Shown here one piece after another: positions 1 through 8,190 of a DNA stretch of 15,164 bases. This DNA is from an uncultured bacterium. Its GTDB lineage: Bacteria > T1Sed10-126. Location: contig CAZMIT010000036.1 in assembly GCA_964566495.1 (NCBI GenBank), positions 1 through 15,164 of the forward strand, written 5' to 3'. Positions within the stretch are counted from its first letter, which is position 1; each line of letters opens with the position of its first letter. A program made the position numbers and the translations under genes. The notes under the pieces were generated by a model. It was not told the DNA's origin. It did no database searches and worked only from the letters and a program-made list of their open reading frames with translations.

Positions 1-806
1 TAGAAACCAATGTTGGCGCGCAGAGTGTAACGCTCAATCTCGGAGAATTCCGCCTCGGCAACCACTGAGGGCAGCAGGGGCAATGAAAACTCCGAACCAA
101 TAAAATACTTCATTTCCGACGAAGAATAATCGTCAATTAAATCGTTGTTGATATTATTGTTGTTGTTATCAGGAGCAAGGTCAATATCATCCGGATCGGC
201 CTCTATCTGAACCATACCAACACCGGCATAAGGGGTTATCGAGGGTGTAAATGGGATCGGTACGCCCACTTCCTGGCTGACCGAAAGGTCAACGCCATAG
301 GTAAGCAGGTCGAGATCGCTGACACCGAGCAGTTGCGTCCCACTGGCCCTCACTGCCATGTCGGGCATCATTGGACGCCCAAAGGGGCCGAAGTTTAAGC
401 CATATTTAAGTGAGGCGCCAAGCAACTGTGTATTACCACCGGGATCGGCCGAATAAGAGGCAGAGACGTCAATCCCAAAGGGTAGCCCCTTGGCAGCCCG
501 CAGACGCGGCAGTGGCAGCGTTCCGGGCGCCGAGCCGTCAAAACCTTTGTCCATGTAGGGTTCGCTCTCCAATTGAACAAAAGTTACGTCAGCACCAACG
601 TCAAAACCAATAATGCCGCGCGTTCTTGCCGGGTCGGCGGGAGCATAACTTACCGCCAGCCCAACGTCACGAGCAAAATCATCAAACTGGTCCTGAGCCA
701 TATCAAGTAATTCAATATCTCTTGCTTCAAGTACCTCTCCAGGTAAAAGAAGTGCAACTGAGAAACATAAGATCAGCGCAACAAGCGTCAACTTATCGTT
801 ACTCAT
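1..806 (-). CDS. Predicted outer-membrane beta-barrel protein, 268 aa, function unknown (stop codon cut by window edge)
   Basis: Not in the ORF track. Manual translation from ATG at 806 is open to position 3: MSNDKLTLVALILCFSVALLLPGEVLEARDIELLDMAQDQFDDFARDVGLAVSY...GIIGFDVGADVTFV...LPLPRLRAAKGLPFGIDVSASYS...ITPYAGVGMVQI...YFIGSEFSL...ERYTLRANIGF, followed by TA at positions 2-1 (probably a truncated TAA/TAG). It has a hydrophobic N-terminal signal-peptide-like segment, alternating amphipathic beta-strands and a terminal Phe. An SD-like GGGGTGA lies 6 nt before the ATG. Confidence 0.8.
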   Translation of the reverse strand, partial: MSNDKLTLVALILCFSVALLLPGEVLEARDIELLDMAQDQFDDFARDVGLAVSYAPADPARTRGIIGFDVGADVTFVQLESEPYMDKGFDGSAPGTLPLPRLRAAKGLPFGIDVSASYSADPGGNTQLLGASLKYGLNFGPFGRPMMPDMAVRASGTQLLGVSDLDLLTYGVDLSVSQEVGVPIPFTPSITPYAGVGMVQIEADPDDIDLAPDNNNNNINNDLIDDYSSSEMKYFIGSEFSLPLLPSVVAEAEFSEIERYTLRANIGF

Positions 807-855
807 CAAAAATCACCCCGTAAAAAGATTGATCGAACATTTATTTGAAGAAACT

Positions 856-884
856 ATTTTATCGCACCTTACCACCATAGTCAA
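856..884 (-). promoter_or_regulatory. Sigma70-type promoter for the beta-barrel gene
   Basis: The minus strand reads TTGACT (884-879), a 17-nt spacer, then TAAAAT (861-856). Each hexamer matches consensus at 5/6 with optimal spacing, about 50 nt upstream of the ATG at 806. Confidence 0.7.
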
Positions 885-922
885 AGCATCCAATTGATAT
901 CTCCGGTAGTTCCCAACAATTT

Positions 923-947
923 CGTCATTGCGGGCCCCGACCCGCAA
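923..947 (+). repeat. REP/dRS3-like palindromic repeat, copy 1
   Basis: CGTCATTGCGGGCCCCGACCCGCAA. Stem TTGCGGG/CCCGCAA, loop CCCCGA. Confidence 0.8.
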
Positions 948-953
948 GAAGTT

Positions 954-1026
954 CAGTAATCGGTGTTCGGTCTTCGGTAATCGGTTTTAACTTCACTGAA
1001 TACTGATTACCGATTACTGATTACTG
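954..1026. repeat. Inverted pair of short heptamer tandem arrays (CRGTNWT / ACYGAWT)
   Basis: Left arm CAGTAAT CGGTGTT CGGTCTT CGGTAAT CGGT (954-985), a 9-nt spacer, right arm ACTGAAT ACTGATT ACCGATT ACTGATT ACTG (995-1026). Confidence 0.8.
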
Positions 1027-1036
1027 CTCTACCAGA

Positions 1037-1065
1037 TGGATTCCGGCTCGGGGGCCGGAATGACG
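1037..1065 (-). repeat. REP/dRS3-like palindromic repeat, copy 2 (inverted)
   Basis: The reverse complement reads CGTCATTCCGGCCCCCGAGCCGGAATCCA. Stem ATTCCGGC/GCCGGAAT, same CCCCGA loop as copy 1. Confidence 0.8.
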
Positions 1066-1096
1066 TCAAATTCAGGAGCGATCTTGACCTCCCGGT

Positions 1097-1124
1097 CGTC
1101 ATTGCGGGCTTGACCCGCAATCCA
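1097..1124 (+). repeat. REP/dRS3-like palindromic repeat, copy 3
   Basis: CGTCATTGCGGGCTTGACCCGCAATCCA. Stem ATTGCGGG/CCCGCAAT. Confidence 0.8.
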
Positions 1125-1132
1125 TGTTTAAG

Positions 1133-1230
1133 GTTTCCAGTTTCCAGTTTTCAGTTACCAGTTACCAGTTACCAGTTTCCAGTTTTCAGTTTCCAGTTTC
1201 CAGTTTTCAGTTTCCAGTTACCAGTTTTTA
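1133..1230. repeat. Heptamer tandem repeat, 14 units (GTTTCCA/GTTTTCA/GTTACCA)
   Basis: 14 contiguous 7-mers in exact phase from 1133 to 1230 (last unit GTTTTTA), with degenerate units on either side (GTTTAAG at 1126, GTTATAG at 1231). Confidence 0.95.
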
Positions 1231-1270
1231 GTTATAGGTTTTGACCCGCAACTCGCAGCACGGTTTATTG

Positions 1271-1305
1271 TCTTAACTTTAAACTATAAACTGGAAACTA
1301 AAAAC
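1271..1305. repeat. Degenerate reverse-complement arm of the GTTTCCA heptamer array (5 units)
   Basis: TCTTAAC TTTAAAC TATAAAC TGGAAAC TAAAAAC. TGGAAAC and TAAAAAC are exact reverse complements of the array units GTTTCCA and GTTTTTA. Confidence 0.65.
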
Positions 1306-1327
1306 GAACTTAACGATATCCCCCCAT

Positions 1328-2746
1328 TCACAGCGGAAACAAACTAACAACCCATATATAAACGAGAACACTCAGAACATACTGCACAGAAATCAGAAGA
1401 GGATTGTTCGCATAAGCGGGATCCAGGTTAAAAAAACGCACCAACCGGGCTAACAAAAATCCGGTCAGCGCGCCACTGAGCACCACGGCGGCGGTGGCAA
1501 TCCCCACGGCAGTAGCAAAAATTATCGTATCTCCACCAAGCGGTTCAGCAAGCAGGTAAACTTTCCAGCACCAGACGAGCCCACCCACGAGCAGGGCCAG
1601 AAACACTCCCACACCCAGACCGGTAAAAAACAGTTCCCGTAACAGATTCAGAAAGAAAGGTCCGGAACTGATCTTCTTGAGCAATCCGGGCTGTCCAACC
1701 AGCGCGGAGGCCTGGGATGCAGCAGCGCTGGAGAGGCCCAGCACAAGCGGAAGAAAATAGAGCAGTTGCCGGTGTATTAGCAACTCCTCGCCCAGATAGC
1801 CGAGAGTTGATGCGGCCAGCAGACCGCCTAAACTGACGACCACCAGCCAGGGTAATCGCAATGAAAAGGTAGTCCAGAGGGAGCTATTTTCAGGTAGCAT
1901 TCCTTCCGCGCGATCAATGCCCTCGAGCGGGGCAATCCCCTCGCGTCGGAGCAGTGATTCGCTCATTTCCTGTTCCAGCATTTCCACCGCGTCATCGGCC
2001 GTGATTACCCCCCGAAGCCGGTCCTGGTAGTCAACCACAGGCAGGGATAAAAGCTCGTAGCGGTCGATTAGCTCAAGGGCTTCGGCGCGCGGCACATCGA
2101 CCCGGACCTTGAACAGGTCCTTGTGAATTAGGTCACGCAGACGCTTGTGCCCACTAACCTGTAAAAGCTTGCGCAGGGATACAACGCCAGTCAAACACTT
2201 ATCTTCATCGAGAGTGTAAACGTAATAGACCAGCTCAGCTTCATCGGGAGCTTCACGTATTAAGGCCAGCACTTCGTCAACAGTTTCAGTCTCATCAACC
2301 GCCAGGTATTCTGTTGTCATCACACCACCGGCCGTATCGTGTGGATAAGAGACCAGGTCGACGAGATTGCGACGAAACTCCTGGTTTTCTATCCCGGCCA
2401 GCAAGCTCTCCTGTTCGGCCTTTGTTAAGGTAAGAAAAAGATCAGCTGCATCGTCGGGGGGCATTTCGGGCAAAATATTTTCAAACGACTGTTTTTCCCG
2501 TCTACGTAGGAGCTGAGCCGCACTGGTGGGAGAAATCAGACTCAATATCTCAACCAATTTATCCTGTGAGAGATAATTTGAAAGCTCAGCAGCTTTTGAT
2601 GACGATAAATTCTCAAACACCAGGGCCAGATCGGCAGGATGTGTAACGGGAAGCAAATTTTGCAGACCTTCTTCGTTCTCCCGCTTCAGAAACTCCAACA
2701 ACTGCTGCTCTATATTTTCAACCCGCTCTGTAATTCTCCGGTTCAT
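1328..2746 (-). CDS. mgtE: MgtE-family magnesium transporter homolog (N-domain, 2 CBS domains, membrane domain) with non-canonical pore residues
   Basis: HPADLA, MPPDDAADL, YPHDTAGGVMTTEY, VYYVYTLD, LPVVD..RLRGVITADD, RLPWLVV and LDPA..NP all match MgtE architecture. SD GAGGAG upstream. Confidence 0.88.
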   Translation of the reverse strand: MNRRITERVENIEQQLLEFLKRENEEGLQNLLPVTHPADLALVFENLSSSKAAELSNYLSQDKLVEILSLISPTSAAQLLRRREKQSFENILPEMPPDDAADLFLTLTKAEQESLLAGIENQEFRRNLVDLVSYPHDTAGGVMTTEYLAVDETETVDEVLALIREAPDEAELVYYVYTLDEDKCLTGVVSLRKLLQVSGHKRLRDLIHKDLFKVRVDVPRAEALELIDRYELLSLPVVDYQDRLRGVITADDAVEMLEQEMSESLLRREGIAPLEGIDRAEGMLPENSSLWTTFSLRLPWLVVVSLGGLLAASTLGYLGEELLIHRQLLYFLPLVLGLSSAAASQASALVGQPGLLKKISSGPFFLNLLRELFFTGLGVGVFLALLVGGLVWCWKVYLLAEPLGGDTIIFATAVGIATAAVVLSGALTGFLLARLVRFFNLDPAYANNPLLISVQYVLSVLVYIWVVSLFPL

Positions 2747-2758
2747 AGCTTCTCTCCT

Positions 2759-4816
2759 CTAAAAAACAGAGAAATCGGCTACCCGTTCAAAAAGCTGGCG
2801 CACCTTAACCAGCGTTGCCAGACGATTCTGACGCCGCCCGGGATCGTCACAGTTGACCATAACTGCCTCAAAATATTGGTCAACCGGTTTCTTTAAATCA
2901 ATCAAGGTTTCCAGCACCCGCTCAGCCGAATCCTGCTCCAGCGCCCGGGAGAGGGGTTCTCCCTGGTCGCGATATGCTTGCCAGAGATATTTTTCTTCCT
3001 CTTCTTCAAACATTTCCGGGTCGGGTTCGGTCGGGAGTTGTTCAGGGGTAATATTGACCAATCGGCGAGCCGTTGTCGCCACCTCTTCGAACTCCTCTTT
3101 ACGCCGCCATTCACGCAACCATTCAGCCCGGCGAACAGCAGTCGCGGGAAGCAGCCCAAAAGGTTTAAGCACGGCCCGCACTTCCTCTTCCTCAAACTCC
3201 GCCTCAGCTCGAAGATGATGGTAAAAACGGTCGAGGATGAAGTCTTTCAACTGCTCAAGATCTTCCCTGGTAGCCTCAACACCCGAATGTTCGTATGCGG
3301 CAGCAACTGCTTCTACAACTTCTCCCAGGTCAATCTCCATTTCAGCCTCCATAATTATTTTTAAGACGGCCAGACCATCGCGACGTAATCCGTAGGGATC
3401 ACTTGAACCGGTGGGCCGTTCACCGAGCGCAAATAGACCAACCATGGTATCCAGGCGATCTAGCAGACTGAGCCAGCGGGCCGGGGCGCTACTCGGAAGA
3501 TCATCTTCTGGATTTTCAGGTCGATAATGCTCTTCGATCACCCGGCTGAGCTCGGCGGGCCAACCTGCCTCGCGAGCATATATTTTCCCCATTTTCCCCT
3601 GCAGTTTGGGCAGTTCCCCGACCACTTCCGTCACCCGGTCATTTTTACAATGCCTGACGGCGGGAAGGAATTTTTCGCTGCAGTTAGAAAGCTGTTCAAA
3701 AAGCGTCGCCAGACGTTCAGTTTTTTCGTAGAGACTGCCTAATTTTTCCTGAAAAACAACTCCTCGCAAGTCCTCTCTAAAGGTTCTAAAATCTTTTTCA
3801 AGGTCTTTGTGATAAAAGAAAACTGCATCGGCCAGCCGGGCTCTGATCACCCGTTCGTTCCCCCGGCGGACGACATCCAGCCCCTTTTCACCGCCATTAC
3901 GGACGCCAATAAAATAAGGTAAAAGCTCACCGTTGTCGGACGCCGCCACAGGAATATACTTCTGGTGAGCAACCATTGTTTCAGTTAACACCGGCATCGG
4001 CAGCTCAAGAAATTTGTCCTCAAAACTACCGCGAAAAGGTACAGGGGCTTCGACAAGACCAGCCACTTCTTCCAGCACGGACCCCAGCACCGGCTTTCCC
4101 CCGACCTCCTCGGCCAGCTCTGTAGCGGCTGACCGTATTTGCTCCTTCCGCTCCTGGGGAGCCAGAACTATACCCTGATCTTCTATTTTTTCATAATATG
4201 CTTGTGCAGATTCAACTTCAAAATAATCAGCTTCGCTAAATCGCAACCCCCGGGAGGTTGTCCCGGCCTTTAACGGACCAACCTGCAAATCAAGAAGTTG
4301 ACCGTCCTGCAGCGCCATAAGCCAGCGCAGGGGGCGAATAAATCTTAGCCCGCTGTTTTCCCAGCGCATTGTCTTCCCCCAGTCAATGGAGAGCAGCAGA
4401 GGACCAAAATCAGAAGTAAACGGTTTCTCCACCGGCTGCCCTTCAATTGTCTTGACGGCCATCACATATTCGCCGTCCTCTAACTCCTCTACTTTCACTT
4501 CTTGCGGAGTCAAATCATTCTGCCGACAGAATCCCTCCAGCGCCTGCGTGGGCTCGCCTTCGCTGTAAGCAATATGAGCAGGTGGCCCCTTAATAACCTC
4601 CTCACGATCGGCCTGCCTGTCCGGTAGCGAAAGGTCAACTATGATCCGGCGCGGCGTTCCCAGAACTTTGAGCTCGGAATCAGATTCAGGATAAGCCGGA
4701 TCAATATTTTGCTCGACAAGCCAATCGACCAGTTTCTTCTCCAGCTCGTCCAGACCGGATTCAAGCAGTCGGGCCGGGATCTCTTCTACACCAACTTCTA
4801 CTACTATTCTTTTCAT
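2759..4816 (-). CDS. glyS: Glycine--tRNA ligase beta subunit
   Basis: [21 protein letters not shown]...[51 protein letters not shown] overlap with the glyQ stop; SD GAGGTGA. Confidence 0.97.
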   Translation of the reverse strand: MKRIVVEVGVEEIPARLLESGLDELEKKLVDWLVEQNIDPAYPESDSELKVLGTPRRIIVDLSLPDRQADREEVIKGPPAHIAYSEGEPTQALEGFCRQNDLTPQEVKVEELEDGEYVMAVKTIEGQPVEKPFTSDFGPLLLSIDWGKTMRWENSGLRFIRPLRWLMALQDGQLLDLQVGPLKAGTTSRGLRFSEADYFEVESAQAYYEKIEDQGIVLAPQERKEQIRSAATELAEEVGGKPVLGSVLEEVAGLVEAPVPFRGSFEDKFLELPMPVLTETMVAHQKYIPVAASDNGELLPYFIGVRNGGEKGLDVVRRGNERVIRARLADAVFFYHKDLEKDFRTFREDLRGVVFQEKLGSLYEKTERLATLFEQLSNCSEKFLPAVRHCKNDRVTEVVGELPKLQGKMGKIYAREAGWPAELSRVIEEHYRPENPEDDLPSSAPARWLSLLDRLDTMVGLFALGERPTGSSDPYGLRRDGLAVLKIIMEAEMEIDLGEVVEAVAAAYEHSGVEATREDLEQLKDFILDRFYHHLRAEAEFEEEEVRAVLKPFGLLPATAVRRAEWLREWRRKEEFEEVATTARRLVNITPEQLPTEPDPEMFEEEEEKYLWQAYRDQGEPLSRALEQDSAERVLETLIDLKKPVDQYFEAVMVNCDDPGRRQNRLATLVKVRQLFERVADFSVF

Positions 4817-5676
4817 TGTTCTGTCACCTCTCCTGGATATCGATCCTCCAGGTATAAGGAAGCAACCCGGTTGGCTGCCCGGCGCACCCGGGCTACGTAG
4901 GCAGTTCTTTCCGCGACACTTAGAACCCCGCGGGCGTCCATGCTGTTAAACAGGTGGGAAAGTTTCATAACACCGTCATAGGCGGGAACAACCAGACCCG
5001 CCTCCAGACAGTTCTCCACTTCGTCCTCCCAGTTTTGAAATTCATTACGCAAAAAATCAGGACCGGCGGTTTCGAAAAAATACCGGGAGTACTCTTTCTC
5101 CGACTCCAGATGAATATCGCCATAAGAATGTTTCCCGTCCCACGAAATGTCAAAAACATTCTCTACTTCCTGCAGATACATCGCGATTCGTTCCAACCCA
5201 TAGGTTAATTCCACGGATACCGGTTCAAGATCCACTCCCCCAACCTGTTGAAAATAGGTGAACTGGGTTATTTCCATACCGTCCAGCCACACCTCCCAGC
5301 CCAGTCCCCAGGCACCGAGGGTCGGTGACTCCCAGTTGTCCTCGACAAACCGAAAATCATGCACCTCAGGGTCAAGACCAAGATGAACCAGCGACTCAAG
5401 ATAAATATCCTGGACTTTGTCCGGAGCCGGTTTGAGAATTACCTGGTATTGATAGTAGTAACCGAGTCGATTTGGGTTTTCTCCATAGCGACCATCGGCC
5501 GGCCGGCGGCAGGGTTCCACGTAAGCTACTCGATAGGGGTCTGGCCCCAGGACTTTGAGGAAAGTATGGGGATTAAAAGTGCCGGCCCCCACCTCTATAT
5601 CCGTTGGCTGGGCAAGCAAACAGTCTTGCTCCTCCCAGTATTCACCAAGCGCTAATTGAAGTTCATTAAAATTCAT
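4813..5676 (-). CDS. glyQ: Glycine--tRNA ligase alpha subunit
   Basis: [82 protein letters not shown]. Confidence 0.99.
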   Translation of the reverse strand: MNFNELQLALGEYWEEQDCLLAQPTDIEVGAGTFNPHTFLKVLGPDPYRVAYVEPCRRPADGRYGENPNRLGYYYQYQVILKPAPDKVQDIYLESLVHLGLDPEVHDFRFVEDNWESPTLGAWGLGWEVWLDGMEITQFTYFQQVGGVDLEPVSVELTYGLERIAMYLQEVENVFDISWDGKHSYGDIHLESEKEYSRYFFETAGPDFLRNEFQNWEDEVENCLEAGLVVPAYDGVMKLSHLFNSMDARGVLSVAERTAYVARVRRAANRVASLYLEDRYPGEVTEQ

Positions 5677-5696
5677 TTTTTAACATCCCATTTGAA

Positions 5697-6449
5697 CTAA
5701 GACATTAAGCTTTTACTAACCTGATACGCCTCGAGCGATATGTCGAGATGATAATGCAAAAAACGATACATAAGAGACTCCAGATTGACAAGTGTTTTAC
5801 GATCAAATTTTATATTTTTAACCTCGTCCCAGGGCGAAAAGCTGAAACTTTCGTAAGCGGCCCGAACTGCGTCGCCAAATTGAACTTCATTACCGGCAGC
5901 AACATCAAAACAACGTTCACAAAGTAAACCGCGGCCAGGAGTCAGACGCCAGAGGCGAGACTTCTCTCTTTCACAATTAAAACAGTGGGAAAAATCTGGC
6001 TCCACCCCGGCCTGGCGAGCCGACTGAACCAATATTCTATTCACGGTTAAAAGAGTATCAACCGTGCCGGCACAGATTATCTTTAATCCCTCGATAAGCC
6101 TTGTATACCCGGGCCCAGGGCTTTCTCCCTCCGGAAAAAGGTCCCGATGAAGAGAAAGCAGGGGCCAGAGATGACGACGAGATTGTGTTTCGTTTATCCA
6201 GCCGGCAAAAGGGGTATCAATTTCAAGTTCCGAAAGTGTCCAGCCGGAGTTCTGACGTGAACGGTAAAGACGCGTCTGAATCAAATTAGGTGGCTCCAGC
6301 CGACCACAGTAAGTTTTCTGACTGGACTGAGCATGGGGAGCCCTTACAGGCAGACACCCCTCTTCCCGGGTCAAAAGGAAGATCTCCTGGTCGGTATCAA
6401 AGCTCTCCTGCCGCCCGAGTATAACCCCTTTTACTTCTCGATACCCCAA
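5697..6449 (-). CDS. recO: DNA repair protein RecO
   Basis: N-terminal OB-fold-like segment (KGVILGR..LLTREEG..GRLEP), Zn-finger CFNC...CERC, 250 aa, and the canonical position upstream of glyQS. TTG start with GGGAG upstream. Confidence 0.88.
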   Translation of the reverse strand: MGYREVKGVILGRQESFDTDQEIFLLTREEGCLPVRAPHAQSSQKTYCGRLEPPNLIQTRLYRSRQNSGWTLSELEIDTPFAGWINETQSRRHLWPLLSLHRDLFPEGESPGPGYTRLIEGLKIICAGTVDTLLTVNRILVQSARQAGVEPDFSHCFNCEREKSRLWRLTPGRGLLCERCFDVAAGNEVQFGDAVRAAYESFSFSPWDEVKNIKFDRKTLVNLESLMYRFLHYHLDISLEAYQVSKSLMS

Positions 6450-6454
6450 CTGCT

Positions 6455-7750
6455 TCAGCTCCCGTCTTCGAGGACCATTTTGACTTTTTTTACCTTCTTC
6501 TGGTTGGCCTCGGCAACGTAGTATTCATTACCCTGGTATTCAATTTTTTCTCCCTCGGCGGGGATTTTCCCCATCTCCTCAATAATCATCCCGCCAAGGG
6601 AATCGTATTTTTGAGTGGGTAGTTGAAGTTCCAGGCTTTCCTCAAGATCATCAAGATCAATCCGGGCATCAACAAGGTAAGACCCTTCTTCAAGTCCTTC
6701 AATCCACTGCCGTTGATCGTCGTATTCGTCTTCGATTTCTCCGACAATTTCCTCCAGCACATCCTCCAGGGTTACAATGCCGCTGGTTCCGCCGTATTCA
6801 TCGACCACTACAGCCATGTGGACTCGATGGCGGCGGAAGTTGGCAAGCAGCTTGTTGACCCGTTTGCTCTCCGGTACAAAATAGGGAGCCCGGACAAGCT
6901 GGCGGAGATCAAAATCTTCCCGTTCTGACTCCTCCAGACGGGTGATGAAATCTTTAATATTTAAAATTCCGACTATATTGTCTAGTTTTTCTTCATGAAC
7001 GGGGATACGACTGAGCCCGGTTCGACGGGCCAGCTTCATGACCTGGCTGAAACTACTGCTCACCTCCAGGGCAACCACGTCTGTCCGGGGAACCATTATT
7101 TCCCGCACTACAGTCTCGTCAAACTCGAAGACGCTGTGCAGCATCTTCAACTCCGTCTCCTCCAGAGTCCCCTCCTGGCGACCGGCAAGCACAAGCTTTT
7201 TCAGCTCCTCCTCGGTTATTTTATTGTGCCGGTCCTTCAACTTGCCCCCGAGCACACGAATATTAACCCGTGAAAGTCCCCGCAACAACCAGATGAAAGG
7301 GCGGATTAATCGGGTGCTAAAAATTATCGCGGGTAAGACAAACCGAGCAAAGCGCTCGCTATTTGCTTCGGCGTAACTCTTGGGAGTAATCTCACCAAAG
7401 AGTAAAATTAAAAATGTCATAACTCCTACAGCCATGCCACTGCCCAGCAACATAGACTCGGCAAAATCAAACGACTCTCGGAAAATCCCCACGGCAACTA
7501 CAGTGGCCAGCGAAGAGGCAGCAATGTTTACCAGGTTGTTCCAGATTAAAATACTGATCAGGACGTCCTGGGTATTGTCCAGCCAGTAAATTAAATTTTG
7601 TGCAAAACGACTCTGGTCATCGTCCAGTTCGGTCAAAAGGCGCTTGGTTCTCAATTTACCAAGCGAAGTGAGAGCCGTCTCTGAGCCGGAGAAAAAAGCA
7701 GATAGCATTAATAAAATAGCCAGACCAAGCACTCGTATCCATAAGTTCAT
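6455..7750 (-). CDS. CNNM/CorB (hemolysin-family, DUF21-CBS-CorC/HlyC) membrane protein, putative Mg2+/Co2+ transporter
   Basis: [87 protein letters not shown] overlap with the ybeY stop. Confidence 0.93.
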   Translation of the reverse strand: MNLWIRVLGLAILLMLSAFFSGSETALTSLGKLRTKRLLTELDDDQSRFAQNLIYWLDNTQDVLISILIWNNLVNIAASSLATVVAVGIFRESFDFAESMLLGSGMAVGVMTFLILLFGEITPKSYAEANSERFARFVLPAIIFSTRLIRPFIWLLRGLSRVNIRVLGGKLKDRHNKITEEELKKLVLAGRQEGTLEETELKMLHSVFEFDETVVREIMVPRTDVVALEVSSSFSQVMKLARRTGLSRIPVHEEKLDNIVGILNIKDFITRLEESEREDFDLRQLVRAPYFVPESKRVNKLLANFRRHRVHMAVVVDEYGGTSGIVTLEDVLEEIVGEIEDEYDDQRQWIEGLEEGSYLVDARIDLDDLEESLELQLPTQKYDSLGGMIIEEMGKIPAEGEKIEYQGNEYYVAEANQKKVKKVKMVLEDGS

Positions 7751-8190
7751 TTCTTTTGTTTCTCTCCCCGGGGCAAAATAAGATCTTCCTGGACCAATTC
7801 CAAACTTAGCTCCTCCTGGCGTTGAAAATGCTCCCCTTCTTCCCCCGGTTTTGTGTGATCATACCCGGCCAGGTGAAGCAGACCGTGAATTAAAACGGCA
7901 CCGGCTTCAACCCCCGGGCTATGACCTAGCTCACCAGCCTGCTGCTCCAGCCGGGACGGGTTGAGAATAACTTCCGCAAAGTTATCACCATAATCAAAAG
8001 CTAACACGTCGGTTTCACCATCGCGGCCATAATATTCCTGATTAAGTTTTGCTATAGCATCCGGTGGAACAAAAGCAATTGAAAGATTCGGGGGAATCTC
8101 CGGTTCTCTCCCGATTACCTGCTCTGTCAGCTCCTTAACCTGTTTTTCTAGGACGGTATAGTCGCTTTCGTTGCTCACCTCAATCTTCAT
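7747..8190 (-). CDS. ybeY: rRNA maturation endoribonuclease YbeY
   Basis: LNQEYYGRDGETDVLAF and the HGLLHLAGYDH metal motif. I moved the start to ATG 8190 (MKIEVSNES, 147 aa), overlapping the upstream gene's end by 11 nt. The 8271 start in the ORF track adds a non-homologous 27-aa extension. Confidence 0.93.
   Translation of the reverse strand: MKIEVSNESDYTVLEKQVKELTEQVIGREPEIPPNLSIAFVPPDAIAKLNQEYYGRDGETDVLAFDYGDNFAEVILNPSRLEQQAGELGHSPGVEAGAVLIHGLLHLAGYDHTKPGEEGEHFQRQEELSLELVQEDLILPRGEKQKK

Noticed and set aside
395..823. Short ORFs 395-580 (-), 410-613 (+) and 626-823 (+)
   Set aside because: All are off-frame or antisense shadows of the 268-aa beta-barrel ORF, which has an SD, a promoter and coherent protein features.
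923..1124. Intrinsic terminator for the operon
   Set aside because: The GC-rich hairpins have no U-tract on the minus strand, so I do not call a terminator.
923..1251. Possible CRISPR array from the repeated GTCATTGCGGG...CCCGCAA palindrome
   Set aside because: Copies alternate in orientation, spacing is irregular, the intervening DNA is tandem heptamers rather than unique spacers, and no cas genes are present.
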